Assembly (NCBI RefSeq): GCF_030144855.1
Contig: NC_082725.1
Coordinates: 15,376,001-15,440,000 of the forward strand
Origin: Hypanus sabinus
Taxonomy: Eukaryota
Length of the DNA: 64,000 bases
Direction: 5' to 3'
Part shown: in pieces, positions 36,851 through 49,909 of the stretch
How positions within the stretch are numbered: the stretch's first letter is position 1
Layout of the letters: every line of letters begins with the position of its first letter
The notes under the pieces: generated by a model
The model's input: the letters and a program-made list of their open reading frames with translations, nothing else
The model's database searches: none
What the model was told of the DNA's origin: nothing
Translations under genes and position numbers: made by a program

Positions 36851-37899
36851 TTTTAGCTTCTCAATCTATCTTAACCAACCTATTGTATATATCTTTGCTG
36901 TTTTACTTGTGCAGATTTAGGACTCCAATTTCTTCATGAATACTTTCTGTCTTAATGAAGAATCTTAAATATCTTTGTTACTTTTCCTTAAGAAACCTCT
37001 GCCCTCCCCATAACAAGATTATTAACTCACCCCTTATTGGTGCTCAGTACCCAATCTAGATTGGGTGTGCTGTTTATTTTGTGAGGTGTCTGTGTTTGTT
37101 TCACAGATAATCTATATTGTGAGCAAAATAGTGGCGAAATTGGGTGGATATGTTTTTACAAAATAAATGAAAATCAAGATAGAATGATTGTAGAGCGTGC
37201 TATGGAATGCTCATTAAGATTTATAATTTGAGGCTCACGGCTTTTAAAGATTCGGCACTCAATTTTATTTAGGTATATAGAGGTTGGTTGGCAACCATCT
37301 GTATTGAAGGATAATGAGTGATGACCATCGTCATCACAAGCCTGTGCGGAAGGTATGGAGATTCTGAATTGCCCAGTCGCTAAAGATCCCCCTCTCAACC
37401 TCACTAGTGTTATCCAAAGGAAAGCTTATGAAGGAATATGCTTGGCACCAGTTTGGCCGTAGGAGCTGCCGGAAGATGTCCAGCTGTCTGAGGGGCTCCA
37501 CGCTGGATTTGCTGTCTGGGATTATTCCCATAGCCCTCGTTCCTCCTGAGGCTGCCCACAAGGCAGTGAGGCTATCTACCTGTAGCTGGGGATCTCTTAA
37601 AGAGCACCAGGGCCTGTCAACCACCGTGGGCTTGTGTGCTACGTGTGCAGGAGCCAGACCTCCTCCCTGTCCTCTGTAGTTCGGCCTGAGTCCACCAGGA
37701 GTTCTGTTTCTGTGTGTCACCAGCAAGAAGGCACTACGTGGGGCTTGCTGTTGGCTATGTACTGGCTGGGAAAGATTTACACACTCAGCTGTCCTTTTCA
37801 CAAGACTGCTCGCCAATGGTGGAAGCTGAATGTGAGAGTGACAAGCACTGCCCGTTCCACACCACAATGGATGCATCACAACAACCATTTTGATACCAT

Positions 37900-38245
37900 T
37901 TTGAGCGGTATAGATAGGGTAAATGCAAGCAGACTTTTCCCACTGAGGTCGGGGGGGGGGGGGGCCACAACCAGAGGTCATGGTTTAGGGGTGAAAGGTG
38001 AAATGTTTAAGGGGAACATGAGGGAAAACCCCTTCACTCAGAGGGTCGTGAGAGTCCGGAACGAGCTGATGACACAAATGATGCATGCAAGCTCGATTTT
38101 AACATTTAGGAGAAGTTTGGATGGATACTGGGGGCATGGAGGGATATAGTCTGGGTATAGGTTGTTAGGAGTCTGCAGTTTAAATGGTTTCAATGAACTA
38201 GATGGGCTGAAGGGCTTGTTTCTGTGCTGTACTTCTCTATGACTC
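37900..38245 (+). mobile_element. CR1 3' end
   Basis: GIDRVNASRLFP…TRGHGL…FTQRVVRV. Confidence 0.8.
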
Positions 38246-39819
38246 GATGCTATATACTGCTTATAGCAGCTTGACAGTCATTGGCAAGGAACACGTGAAA
38301 ATGAAACTCATCCAGGTGATAAAACAAAATCTTCAGCAGAATCCATGCTGGTGTGTAAAATGAGCGGCTGATTTGCTACTGTCCGCTTAGAGCTGCTCCC
38401 CAGGCTGGTTCATTGCTATCAGAACTCCTGCATAAACTGCCAATTCCACACTTCATGAGTTTGAATCATTTTAATGAAACCATCCTCAAGCTACAGGGAA
38501 ATAGAGAGTCACTAAATGTGGCAAGCTACCTTGAAGACAAAGAGTGCAGATTCTGGAATTTGGAGCAACAATCTGCCAGAGGAACTCGTGCATCAAGCTG
38601 CATCTTTATTGGACATTGAATTGTCACCATTTGTATCAAAAGCCTGAACTAGGTTGCTCCATGACATGGTGTAGGGTGCTTCTGTCTCTGTGGTTTTCAT
38701 ATTTATTACGTCGTACTTAAAGAACAATAATCTCAGCAAAAAAAAAGATAAAAGTAAGAAAAGGACGGGTTTCCCACTTCAGTGCAGTATTTTAGAAATT
38801 TTGAGAGATTGGGAAGCTTTGACGTGCAAAGGAATTTGAACGTCTGTGTACAGAAATCACTGAAGGCTAATATACAGACTTAGCGGGGGTTAGGGAGGTA
38901 AATACATTCTATCTTGGCTTTTTTTTTGCTAGAATATTTGAATGCAAGAGCAAAGGTGTCTTACTAAATTTGTATAGGACTTTGGTACCAAAAGTATTGT
39001 AAACAATTTTGGTACTTCCAAAAGAAATGCATTTGCTATAGAGAGAAACTCATCATGCTAGTTCCTGGGACTGGGATGGATGGTTTTAACAATGACAGAC
39101 TCCCACCTAGTGGCTCAGGTGAAGAAATCAAATTTTTACAGATTGAATGGACTGCACATTCTTGCCTCATTTTATCTCAAGAAATGTCTTCTCATGGTCT
39201 TCATCAGCACCAAGCTACAATTAGGTTGAGCCTGATGTCTAGAATCCCAAAACCATCTGTGATTCACAGCAATAGGGGAGAAGAGGCACATAATTAATGC
39301 CAGAAACACTTAGTGGATGTGACTATATCTCCTCCCTTAGAGCACTTAGAATTTGGATTTGTTGAGTTAAATATTATTCACTAAGTTGCATTTTAAATTA
39401 TTAGCGATGTTAAGTCTGTAATTTATCATTCTTTGACAATGTCAACATTATTTAATCAATATACTCAATGCATACCAGAACTGACAACTTTACAACTATT
39501 TTACAAATGCATGCCAAGGGAATCAATATTTAAATGTTTTATTTGATTGCTTAGAAAAAAAAACAATTCAAGAAAGAGATCCAGAATAAGGGTTTGAAAA
39601 CATTTACTAACAAGAGGTAAGGTAGGTCCCGAATGAGCATATATAAAATGCAGGACCATGAATTTTACTTCTACTTAAATGCAAGGCTTTCCACTTACTA
39701 ACACACAATCATTCCTTTAGTGTTAGCTATAGTACTTGTATACACGCACTTTAGTTGGATCTGTAAATATATACATCAGTGTACATTTTGTCATTGTACA
39801 TTATGCTTTATGTAACGTA

Positions 39820-41015
39820 TGCTCAGTGGCCACTTTATTAGATACACCTGTACACCTGCTCATTAATGCAAATATCTAATCAGCTAATCATGTGGCTCCA
39901 ACTCATACATTAAAGCATGCACACTTAGTCAAGAAATTAGGTTTTTTTTTCAGATCAAACATCAGAATGGGGAAAAGTATGACCTAAGTGGCTTTGACCA
40001 CAGAATGATTGTTGGTGCCAGACGGGGAGTTTGAGTATCTCAGAAACTCCTGATCTCCTGGGATTTTCTCACACAACAATCTCTAGCATTTACAGAGAAT
40101 GGTGCAAGAAGCAAGAAAGCACCCAGTGAGTGGCAGCTCTGTGGGTGAAACACTTTCTTGATGAGAGAAGTCAGAAAAGAAAGACCAGACTGGTTCAAGC
40201 TGACAGAAAGGTGACTGTAACTCAAATAACCACGTGTTACAACAGAGATGTGCAGAAGGTTCAAGACTACTTAATGCACACAAGTGCAGGGAGAAAGAAA
40301 TAGTTGTTACTCTGGATCGGATGCAGCACAAAAATAAACACAAAAGATAAAGAACACAATGGTATTAATAAAACACAATAAATAGAAATGCATAAGGTAG
40401 CTTATATACATGGATTGTTTGTATGTCCATAAAGTGATGCTAGGCTGTACATAAGGTGACTGAAAGGAAGTAATAAAGTAGTATTGGAATTAATGGGTAG
40501 AGGTGTTGATCAGCCTTATTGCTTGGGGAAAATAACTGTTTTTGAGTCTAATGGTCCTGGCATGGATGCTACCTAGCCTCTTGCCTGATGGGAGTGGGAC
40601 AAACAGTCCATAAGTGGGGTGGGTGGAATCCTCCCTAATGATACTGACCCTTTCCTGGCACCTATCTGTGGTTATGTCATTGATGGTGGGTAGGCTGGTG
40701 TTGATGACTCATTTGGCAGACTTGACCACCCGCTGCGGAGTCTTCTTGTCCACCACAGTGCCATTTCCGTAACCAACAGTGATGCAAGATGCTCTCTACT
40801 GCGTGTCTGTAGAATGATGTGAGTATGGATGTGCAAAGACCAGCATTCTCAGAAAGTGAAGGAATAGGTGAACTTTCTTGGCCTTGTGTTCTGGGGAGCA
40901 TCCTTGAACATAGAGCCTTGAAGTAGGTGGGCCACAGTAGCAGAAATCTATGAACATATACTCAGTGGCCACTTTGTTAGTTTCAGGGCATACATAATAA
41001 ATTTGCCTCTAAGTG
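39820..41015 (+). mobile_element. Non-autonomous Tc1-like element interrupted by a Rex-type 3' end (~40260-40893, minus)
   Basis: Left TIR CTCAGTGGCCACTTTATT; MGKKYDLSGFD-like start; resumes at ~40895 and ends in a direct plus inverted TIR pair at ~40960-41015. Confidence 0.8.
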
Positions 41016-42234
41016 TACTTGCAGTGCCACTGATGAGAACTAAAGGATTTAACAATGATTAGTATTAAAAGTAAGTAAATGAGCAGATAAGTAAGAATAC
41101 TGCATAAGTCAGTGGGTTACATGGGTCAAACAACATCGGAATCTGCTTCAGACAAGACATAATCCACATCCGGAGCCACTCTTGATATCTATCTTTGACT
41201 GTTGACATCAACTCTTTCTGTGATGAAGACCATTGCAAATGTAATATAATTACTTAAAAAGATTAGTTCAATCATTTCAAGTCAGATAGACCATGCTCCA
41301 CATTTTTTTTTACATTCAGTGAATGATTTATAGTGTTTAAGCTATTTCAGTGTCCTCTGTCTACAACCTTGACCATGTAACTTAGTTCAAACTACGGTGG
41401 GGAAGATCAATTCTTTTTTTTTTTGCTTTTGCAAAGTTATAAAGGGATAATATAGCAAAAGAAAACATAAATAGTAGTTTCATTTGTAGTAATTATCATA
41501 TACAAAATAACCAATAATAATTGCTATTCAGTGAATTTGTTATTAATTAACAGATACTGAATGATATTGCAAAAAGCATTGATTCATTTGGCTCCACTTA
41601 TATTTAGAATATATCAAAAAATGCCAAGAATTTAGTTTAAAATCAAATACATTCCAAACACGAGTAATGCAGGAGTAAAATAAGATATAAATGGATCAGC
41701 AAGGAGTAAGTAACGCACCATCTGAGTTCATTGTAATTTGTTCCCACAGTATCTACTTCTCTATATATAGCAGTCCTGCTCTTCACATAAGAACTGCACT
41801 TATTCTCTCTTCTAACTACACATGAAAACAGCTGTGATTTTCTTGAAACTGTATATACATTCTGGAGAGCATTTTTAACAATTTTGTAAGTGTATCTTCA
41901 AAGACTACGTACAGCTGTAAGACTAGGGAATTCCCATACTCACAAATGAAATGCATCAGTGACAGTCCTGGGTCTAGAGCCAACACTATGATTTAAACAA
42001 AACTTTAATATATCCGGAAAACATGATATTTACATTCGAGCATTTCTATATTTTCTGCAAGTGATAGAAATGTGTTAGTGACGCTATTTCCTGTCAATAC
42101 ATGAAAGTTCACCGCAAGACTTCATGGAATAGAAAAAAAAAGTCAATCTTCAATTATTAACAAACTTCAGAAATTTTCTTTTGGTGATAATCACAAGCAC
42201 AAAACGCCAAATTTAACTTTTGTCAGCATGTGAG

Positions 42235-43295
42235 TCAAAAAGGGCGTCCCTTTAGACAGAGGTAAGGAGGAATTTCTTTAGCCAGAGAGTGGTATATCTG
42301 TGGAATTCTTTCAATGGCTGGCTGAGGAAGCCAAGAATTTGGTATATTTAAAATGGAGGTTGATAGGTTCTTGACCAGAATCAGATTCAGGTTTAATGTC
42401 ATTGGTATTTGTTGTCAAATTTGTTATTTTGCAGCAGCAGTATATTGTAATACATAATAATAATAACAACTATAAACTATGTCAAGTATATATAAAAACA
42501 GAAAATAAAGTTGTATAAGACATTGATGAGGCCTATTTTGGAGTATTGTTTGCAGTTTTGGGCACTCTCCTACAGGAAAGATATAAATGAAGTTGAAAGA
42601 GTACAGAGAAAATTTACCAGGATGGCACTGGGACTGGAGGACCTGGGTTATAAGGAAAGAGTGAATAAGACAGGATTTTATTCCTTGGGAAGTAGAGGAT
42701 TAAGGAGAGATTTGATGCAGAAATATGAAATTATGGATGGTATGGATAGGTAAACGCAAGCAGGCATTTTCCACTGTTGGGTGGCACTACAACTAGAATT
42801 CATGGTTAAGGGTGAAAGGTGAAAAGAGGATTGTGAGAGTGTGGAATGAGCTGCCAGCACAACTGGTGCATTTGAGCTCGATTTCAGTGTACAAGAGAAA
42901 TGTGGATAGGTACATGGATGATAGGGGTATAGAAAGGTATACTGGTGGTGCAGGTTGTTGGGAGTAGGCAGTCTAAATGGTTCGAAATGGACCGGATCGG
43001 CCAAAGGGTCTGTTTGTATACTGAACTTCTCTATGACTCCAGTGCAAAAAAAAAGAAGGAAAATATTGAGGTAGTGTTCATGGGTTCATTGACCATTCAG
43101 AAATCCGACGGCAGAGGAGAAGAAGCTGCTCCTGAAATGTTGAGTGTGTGTCTTGAGATTAGTAAGGACATCAAAGGTTATGGGGAGAAGGCAGAAGAAT
43201 GGGGTTGAGAGGGATAATAAATTAACCATGATGGAATGCAAGAGTAGACTCAATGGGCTGAATGGCCTAATTCTGTTCCTATGTCTTATGGTCAT
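42235..43295 (+). mobile_element. Cluster of CR1 3' fragments with interleaved Rex-type tails
   Basis: YKTLMRPILEYCLQFW..SYRKDI..VERVQRKFTRM at 42511-42753. Confidence 0.75.
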
Positions 43296-43779
43296 AGTGA
43301 GTTGAAGTATGTTGGAAGTGATAGTGCTTGCAATTAAGTCCTTTAGAGAGGTTGTGAACAGTTCTTTAACCATTATATTGGTGGAATACTTGAACTTTAA
43401 CTGAGAAAGACAACGTTTCATTAAGCTTCTGGAACTGTCTGGAGGAAGATTTGATGGTGCCAAAGGCTAGCAGTGACATTGCATTCCAAGTTTCCTGTTC
43501 AAGCTTGTAGTGAGAGATTAGTTAGAAAATGCATTGAAAATAAAATATAAAAAGTTGCAGCAGTTGACCATAGAATCCATGGCATGGATGCCAGAAATCT
43601 GTAATAAAATTAAAAAATGCTGAAGATGTTCAGCAGGTCAGACAGCATTTCTGAGCGAAGAAGGGTGATTAATCATGCTTGCTCTGGAAGAGGTGTAAAG
43701 GAAGAGGATGGAGAGAAACTAACGGATTCGCATGTAGAGACAGAAATAAAAATTTATACATAGGAATACCAACAGAACA

Positions 43780-44030
43780 GTCCTGATGGCTGTTCTCTTT
43801 ACAACCCCCATAATGCCCTGGAGACAGGGGGTTCTGCACAGCGAACAGCAGCAAAACTTCTTCATCCTACTTCTATAGGCTCGAATCATGCCCTCCACTT
43901 CCGTCTCTGGCACTGCTCTACCAGCTCCTGGCATTTGGCCTTCTTGCATTGGAACACCTCCCCAAACTGGTCTTCCCAAGATATTGCCATGACCACCTTC
44001 TTGAATGTTTCTGACAGAATGACCATGTTG
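43780..44030 (-). mobile_element. Hero/NeSL-type (R2 group) non-LTR restriction-like endonuclease fragment
   Basis: Own translation of a minus frame not in the ORF track: NMVILSETFKKVVMAISWEDQFGEVFQCKKAKCQELVEQCQRRKWRA*FEPIEVG*RSFAA, matching the RPD..E...PWEE..K.AKYQELVE.C...GW....PIEVGCRGF pattern. Confidence 0.75.
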
Positions 44031-44257
44031 ATGGTATGGTGAAGTCAATCTCTGGATGGTCTGGATGGCAAAATTCAGTTACAAATAAATTGAATGCAAC
44101 CAAGTCTAGTTTCTTAAAGGAAAGACCTAATTCAACTTCATAACATCTTAAAGCATGGGTCCTGTAGTAGAATATCTTTTAAGTTATGTACTAAACAGAC
44201 ACCTAGGAATTTACCAAGTTTATAGATTTCAATGAAACAAGGACTAATAACCCAGTA

Positions 44258-44720
44258 CATGCACAAAATTCTGGAAGAACTCAGCAGGTGAGGCAGCAAC
44301 TATGGAGAGAAATAAAATGTTGTCATTTTGGGTCGAGACCCTTCAATCAAGACTGGAAAGGAAGGGGGAAGAAGCCAGAATTAGAAGGTTGGGGAGGGAA
44401 AGCAGTACAAGCTGAAAGGTGATAGGTGAAACCAAAGGGAAGCTCAGTGGGTTGTGGAGGGAGGTGGGGGTGAAGTGAGAAGCTGGGAGGTGCTCGGTGG
44501 AAAAGGTAAAGGGCTGAAGAAGAAGGAATTTGATAGGAGAAGAGAGTAGGTCATCACACAAAGGGAAAGAAGGGGGGCACCAGAAGCTGATGAGAAGAGA
44601 AGGGGTAAGAGGAGAATCAGAATGGGAAATGGAAAAGGAGAGAAGAGGGAGGGGAGTAGAAATCAACGTTCATGTCGTCAGGTTGGAGTCCACTCAGACG
44701 TAATATGAAGTGTTGTTCCT
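44258..44720 (-). mobile_element. PLE 3' fragment
   Basis: Colinear with 24715-25190. Confidence 0.75.
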
Positions 44721-46069
44721 AATATTTCCATTTCAGATTGATGTTATGATTTCCAATAAAAAGAGGTGAATTTGCAGCACACGTACTGTGTGTGGCAGCA
44801 AAGCACTTATTTTCAGACTAAGAATGGAGGATCAGATAGAGGACTTACTCGGACCTGGTGAAGGCAGTTTCACCTTGATAGTTCTGCCATCCACACAAGT
44901 GGCAACGTAAGTGAAGCTTTTTTCCATTAAAGTAATCAAATCATAAGAATAAAGAAATTGAAACCCGCTTGCTCGTCAAGGAGGAGGACAAATCCTTTCG
45001 GCTTTGAATTCACTAATCTTTGCAGATTAAAAAAAAACAGCGTTTGGGACGATAGCCAAGACATAGGTAGATTTTCAGCAGGGTTACACCAATAATGGGA
45101 CATAAAGTGTAAAGAGTCTGAGTCTTATCAAAGAGTCTCCACTTGCAGGTGGGTCCACATCTGGCACAGGAAGCTTTGTGTAACTATGGTAACACCAGTC
45201 ATAATATTGATGGGTCCACTATTTTAGCCCCATATATCATGAATGCCCTCCTTATTTTTACTTCTTAAATTGCCCAGACTGATCCAATGAGCATGGAGTA
45301 ATATCCAATGAGCATAGAGGAATATCCTGAAATTAGATATTTTATATGTAGAAGCTGAGGGTAGATGTAGTTTAGTAGGTGAATCATTCTTGTATCATGG
45401 GTTTGGACCACTAAGTATAGTGCACCTTAATTAAGATTTTTGTATATTCCTTTGTGGGGATTATCTGAATTATGCTGTCTGGATGGGAAAAGAGAAGGCG
45501 AGTCACATCAGCAGCACAGCGTCCATCCACCATTGCTTAATAAATTGCATATTGTGCAGGTAAAGCTGGACTAGCTTAGATCTGAGAAAATAATGATTGT
45601 GGCTGTATTTGTCTTAAAAGATGCTGTGACAAATTTTGTGCGACTTGGTGAAGTGTGGTATGCAAGCAACCTTATGCGCCGGCATGGTAACATCACCTCT
45701 GGTACTGTCACTGCAGTATCTGATTTTTAGGCATGAGGTGCATTCCAAACTGCCACAGAATTTGCAGCTAAAACCTGTAGTTCATCTGAATCTAAGTAGA
45801 CAGGAAGCTGGAGGCTTTAGAAGATGGCCTTTCATAGGGTTAAAGAACTGTGAACATGCGTAGCTGGGGCGGAGGAATGTGCCTTATTTTGCTGTTGTTG
45901 TTTTGTTGCTCGTTACGTTCTGTGGTGTTCTGCCAGATATTCTGGGCATGCTGTGTTGATGCCAGGATGTGTGCTGACCCTTTGCTCAGAACTGTATTTG
46001 TCAATGTCTAACTGAGAGAGTTTGTAAACCTGTTAAGAGAAAAGGGTGTTGGGAATGGTGAGGGTACAG

Positions 46070-46420
46070 TGCCACCAGAGAGGTGTGGGGCAGGTGGCAG
46101 AGAAGGAGGGCCAGGGATGTGGGTGTAGCGTGGTTGTAAACACACCAAGCCCTGAGACACCAGGCAATGTCATTTGATTCCAAACAATTGGTTTATTGAT
46201 CATTACAGAATGTCCCTCTGTTGCTTCCCATTCCCTTGCCTCTTACTTTCTCTTGCCCCAACCATTATTCCCCCCTCCCTGCCCCCTTCACACACTCAGT
46301 CCACAATAGATACCCAGATCAGAATCGGGCTTATCATCACTCATGTATGTTATGAAATTTGTTTTTTTCTTCCTGCACTAGCAATACAGTGAAACACACA
46401 AAATTACTACAGTACTGTCC
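46070..46420 (+). mobile_element. Truncated second copy of the composite MITE at 23655-24139
   Basis: Shared CCAAACAAT..TTTATTGATCATTAC..AA…AAATTACTACAGTACTGT. Confidence 0.7.
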
Positions 46421-46424
46421 CAAA

Positions 46425-48440
46425 GTTTCTTCAGATACATAAAGTGTAAAGAAGGGCAAGAGTGGATATCGGACTGCCGGAAAATGGTGCTGGAAAGGTA
46501 GTAATGGGGGAACGAGGAAATGGCGGATGAACTAAGTAAGTATTTTGCATCAGCCTTCACTGTGGAAGACACTAGCTGGTGGTGGAATTTCCAGGTGTCA
46601 GGGGTCATGAAGTGTGTGTAGTTACCATTACTAGGGAGAAGGTTCTTGGGCAACCGAAAGGTCTGAAGGTTGATAAGTCACCTGGTGCAGATGATGACCA
46701 TCCAAGGGTTTTGAAAGAGGTGGCTGAAGAGATTGTGGAGGCATTAGTAATGATATTTCAAGAATCACTAGATTCTGGAATGGTTCTGGAAAACTCAAAA
46801 CTTGCAATGTCACTCCACTCTTCAAGAAGAGAGAGAAGCAGGGTAGCTGAAGGAGAACTGGTTGATGTTGTGTATTTGGATTTTCAGAAGGCATTTGACA
46901 AGTGTGGTCCATGAGGCTGCTTAACAAGCTCTGAGCCCACAGTATTACAGGTAAGATTCTGGCATGGATAAAGCAGTGGCTGATTGGCAGGAGGCAACGA
47001 GTAGGAATAAAGTGAACCTTTTCTGTGTTGGGACCAGTTCTTTTTACATTACATGTTAATGATTTGGATGATGGAATTCATGGCTTTTTTGTAAAGTTTG
47101 CAGACAATACGAATGTAGGTGGAGGGGCAGGTAGTCTTGAGGAAGCAGAGAGGCTACAGAAGGACTTAGACAGATTTAGAGAATGGGCAAAGGAAGTGAC
47201 AGATGGAATACAGTGTCAGGAAGTGTACGGTCATGCACTTTGGTAGAAGAAATTAAAGGGTTAGATATTTTCTAAATGGAGAGAAAATACCAAAAATTGA
47301 GGTACAAGTGGACTTTAGGATTCCCTAAAAGTTAATTCAGGTCAAGTCTGTGGTGAGGAAGGCAAATGTGATGTTAGCATTCATTTCAAGGGGACTAGAA
47401 TATAAAAGCTAGGTTATAATGTTGAGACATTCTAATGCACTGGTGAGGTCTCACAGAGTATTGTAAGCAGTTTTAGGCTCTTATCTTAGAAAGGATATCT
47501 TAGAAACTGCAGAGGGTTCAAAGGAGGTTCATGAAAAAGATTCCGGGTTTGATCGGCTTGTAAGATGAGGAGCATTTGATAGCTCTGTGCCTATATTCAC
47601 TGGAATTCAGAAGAATGAGGGGTGTCCTCATTGAAAACTATCGAATGGTGAAAGGCCATGATAGACTGGAGGTGGAGAGGATGTTTCCATGGGTGGAAGA
47701 GTCTAAGACCAGAGGACACAGCCTCAGAATAGAGGGCCGTCGTTTTAGAATGGAGATGAAGAAGAATTTCTTTAGCCAGAGAGTCATGAATCTATAGAAT
47801 ACATTGCCATAGCCAGCTGTAGAGGTCAAGTCTTTATGTGTATTTAGGACAGAGATTGATAGAGTCTTGTTTGGTCAACGCAGAAAGGCATATGGGGAGA
47901 AGGTAGGAGACTGGAACTGAGATGAACATTGGATCAGCTATGATGAAATGGCAGAACAGACTTGATATGGCAAATGGCCTAATTCTGCTTCTATGTCTTA
48001 TGGTTTTATGGTATATAAAGCAAAGTCTGATGAGTAAGGACGTTAAAGTTATGGGGAGAAAGCAGTAGAATGGGGTTGAACAGGACAATAAATCAGCCAT
48101 GTTCAAAATGCAGAGCCGATTCAACGGACCCAATGCTTAATTCTGCTGCTGTGTCTTATGGTTTTAAGAGTCTAGATCATGGGCAAAGATTTCAACAGGA
48201 TTTCAGTGGCAGCTTCTTCACACAGGGTTGTACACACTTAGAATGAGATGCTAGAAATAATGGCTGAGATGGGCACATTAGCAACATTTCAAAGGCATCT
48301 AGAGATGTACATGGATGGGAAAGGTTTAGAGGGATATGGGTCAAAATAAGGCAGATGGGGACTAGCTCGCTGGGGAGCGCAGGTTGGACAAGTTGTGCTG
48401 AAGAGCTATTTCCATGCTGTAAGTCGCTATGATTCTGTGA
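46425..48440 (+). mobile_element. CR1 ORF2 (RT) and 3' end followed by two further stacked CR1 tails
   Basis: DKSPGADDDHPRVLKE; VDVVYLDFQKAFDK; LGPVLF…KFADNT; YSLEFRRMRG. Confidence 0.9.
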
Positions 48441-48476
48441 CTCCAAAGTGAGCAATACAGGAGCATTTTGGGCTTC

Positions 48477-48745
48477 CAAGGCAGCGTAGCAGTTAATACA
48501 ATGCCATTACAGCTTCTGGAGTTTGGAGTTCAGTTCCGGTGCCGTCCGTAAGGAGCTTGGGTGTTCTTCCTCTGACTGCATGGCTTTCCTCTGGTCGCTC
48601 CCGTTTTCTCTCATAGTCCAAGGGTGTATCATTTAGTAGGTTGATTGGTCCTGTGATTAGGCTGGGGCTAAATAAGTGGGATGCTGAGTAATGAGGCTTG
48701 CTGGGCCAGAAGGACCTGTTCTGCTCTGTAACTCTAAATAAAAAC
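48477..48745 (+). mobile_element. tRNA-derived SINE (V-SINE-like)
   Basis: GAGTTCAGTTCC B-box, core GGCTTTCCTCTGGTCGCTCCCGTTTTCTCTCATAGTCCAAG, AAATAAA tail. Confidence 0.65.
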
Positions 48746-48889
48746 TCAGAAATAAGTCCTGATCATAGTTTTCTGAACACGACCATTCACATTAGGGAAG
48801 GAATCTAATGAGATCTGATGTTATTAAGCCCAAAACTTTGTAGTTATACTTCAGTGGCCACAACTGTTATTTTGTTAGATACGTTACTA

Positions 48890-49504
48890 CGAGGGGTGAT
48901 AAGTACATGGCCTAAGGTAGAAAGAGTCAATTTTAGAAAAAAATAACACATTTATATTTCAACATAGTCCCCTCCTACATTTGCACACAATTCAACAGTT
49001 GTGGAGCATACGGATCCCTTCTTTGTAGAAGTGGTCCACAGCAGGGGTGATTGATAAGTTTGTGGCCTAAGGTAGAAGGAGATGAGTAATTAACTTCAAA
49101 CTTTCTCGTTATCAATCAAAGAGTTGAACTGCACGTGCATGTAATGAGAGCATCTTGGACCTCCAGGTGGTCCACAGCTGGGGTAATTGATAAGTTTGTG
49201 GCCTAAGGTAGAAGGGAGTGAGTTATACAGCTTTCGTTACATGCACGTGCAATTCAACTCCTTGAGTGAAAATGCAGAAAGTTTGGATTTAGTAACTCAT
49301 CTCCTACCTTAGGCCATGAACTTATCAATCACCCCATGCTGTGGACCACTCCTGGAGGTCCAAGTTGCCAACTTCTACAAAGAAGGGATCCGTATGCTCC
49401 ACGACCGCTGGACTAAGTGTGTAAATGTAGGAAAAATAAATGTGCTCGATTTTCTAAAATTGACTCCTTCTACACTAGGCCACAAACTTATCAATCACTC
49501 CTGG
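48890..49504. mobile_element. Palindromic mariner-derived MITE with several internal TIR copies
   Basis: TA|CGAGGGGTGA…TCACTCCTGG|TA; both arms carry the mariner transposase C-terminus (FYKEGIRMLHDRWTKCVNV); internal TIRs near 49043, 49180 and 49310-49335. Confidence 0.85.
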
Positions 49505-49909
49505 TATGTACTACGTTATGTTCATACGATGACCAATAAATCTATTAGACTTGAAATCAAAGCAATTGTTCTTGCAAACTGTTAATATTGTGGTTGACAT
49601 AGCATTGAAGATTAAGCTCGCTTATGTACGATCTGAGCAGATGGTAATCTTACTCAGCACCACATTTGTTGCACATATGTGCTAGGATGTATATGCACTT
49701 TCTTTTAAAATAACTTGTTCCGATTCCGAGTAAATTCAAGTTAAAGTCTGCTGTTTGAATCTGAGAACAGCAATGCTAAAGCACATCATGATTCTAGATC
49801 AGTATTCACTTGTGATCATGGCTTTATTGTTTTCAGTGAGCTATAACGGCACCCAATTAATTGCTTAACATTCCTGGAACTGGATCTATTAGTCAGAGTA
49901 GAATCCTAA

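Noticed and set aside
37334-37981. 215-aa minus ORF
   Set aside because: It starts in a CR1 fragment and a poly-G run, continues through what appears to be an unclassified repeat, and has no recognisable domain.
49040-49340. CRISPR-like repeat-spacer array
   Set aside because: The repeats are mariner TIRs in both orientations in a vertebrate-type context, with no cas genes.
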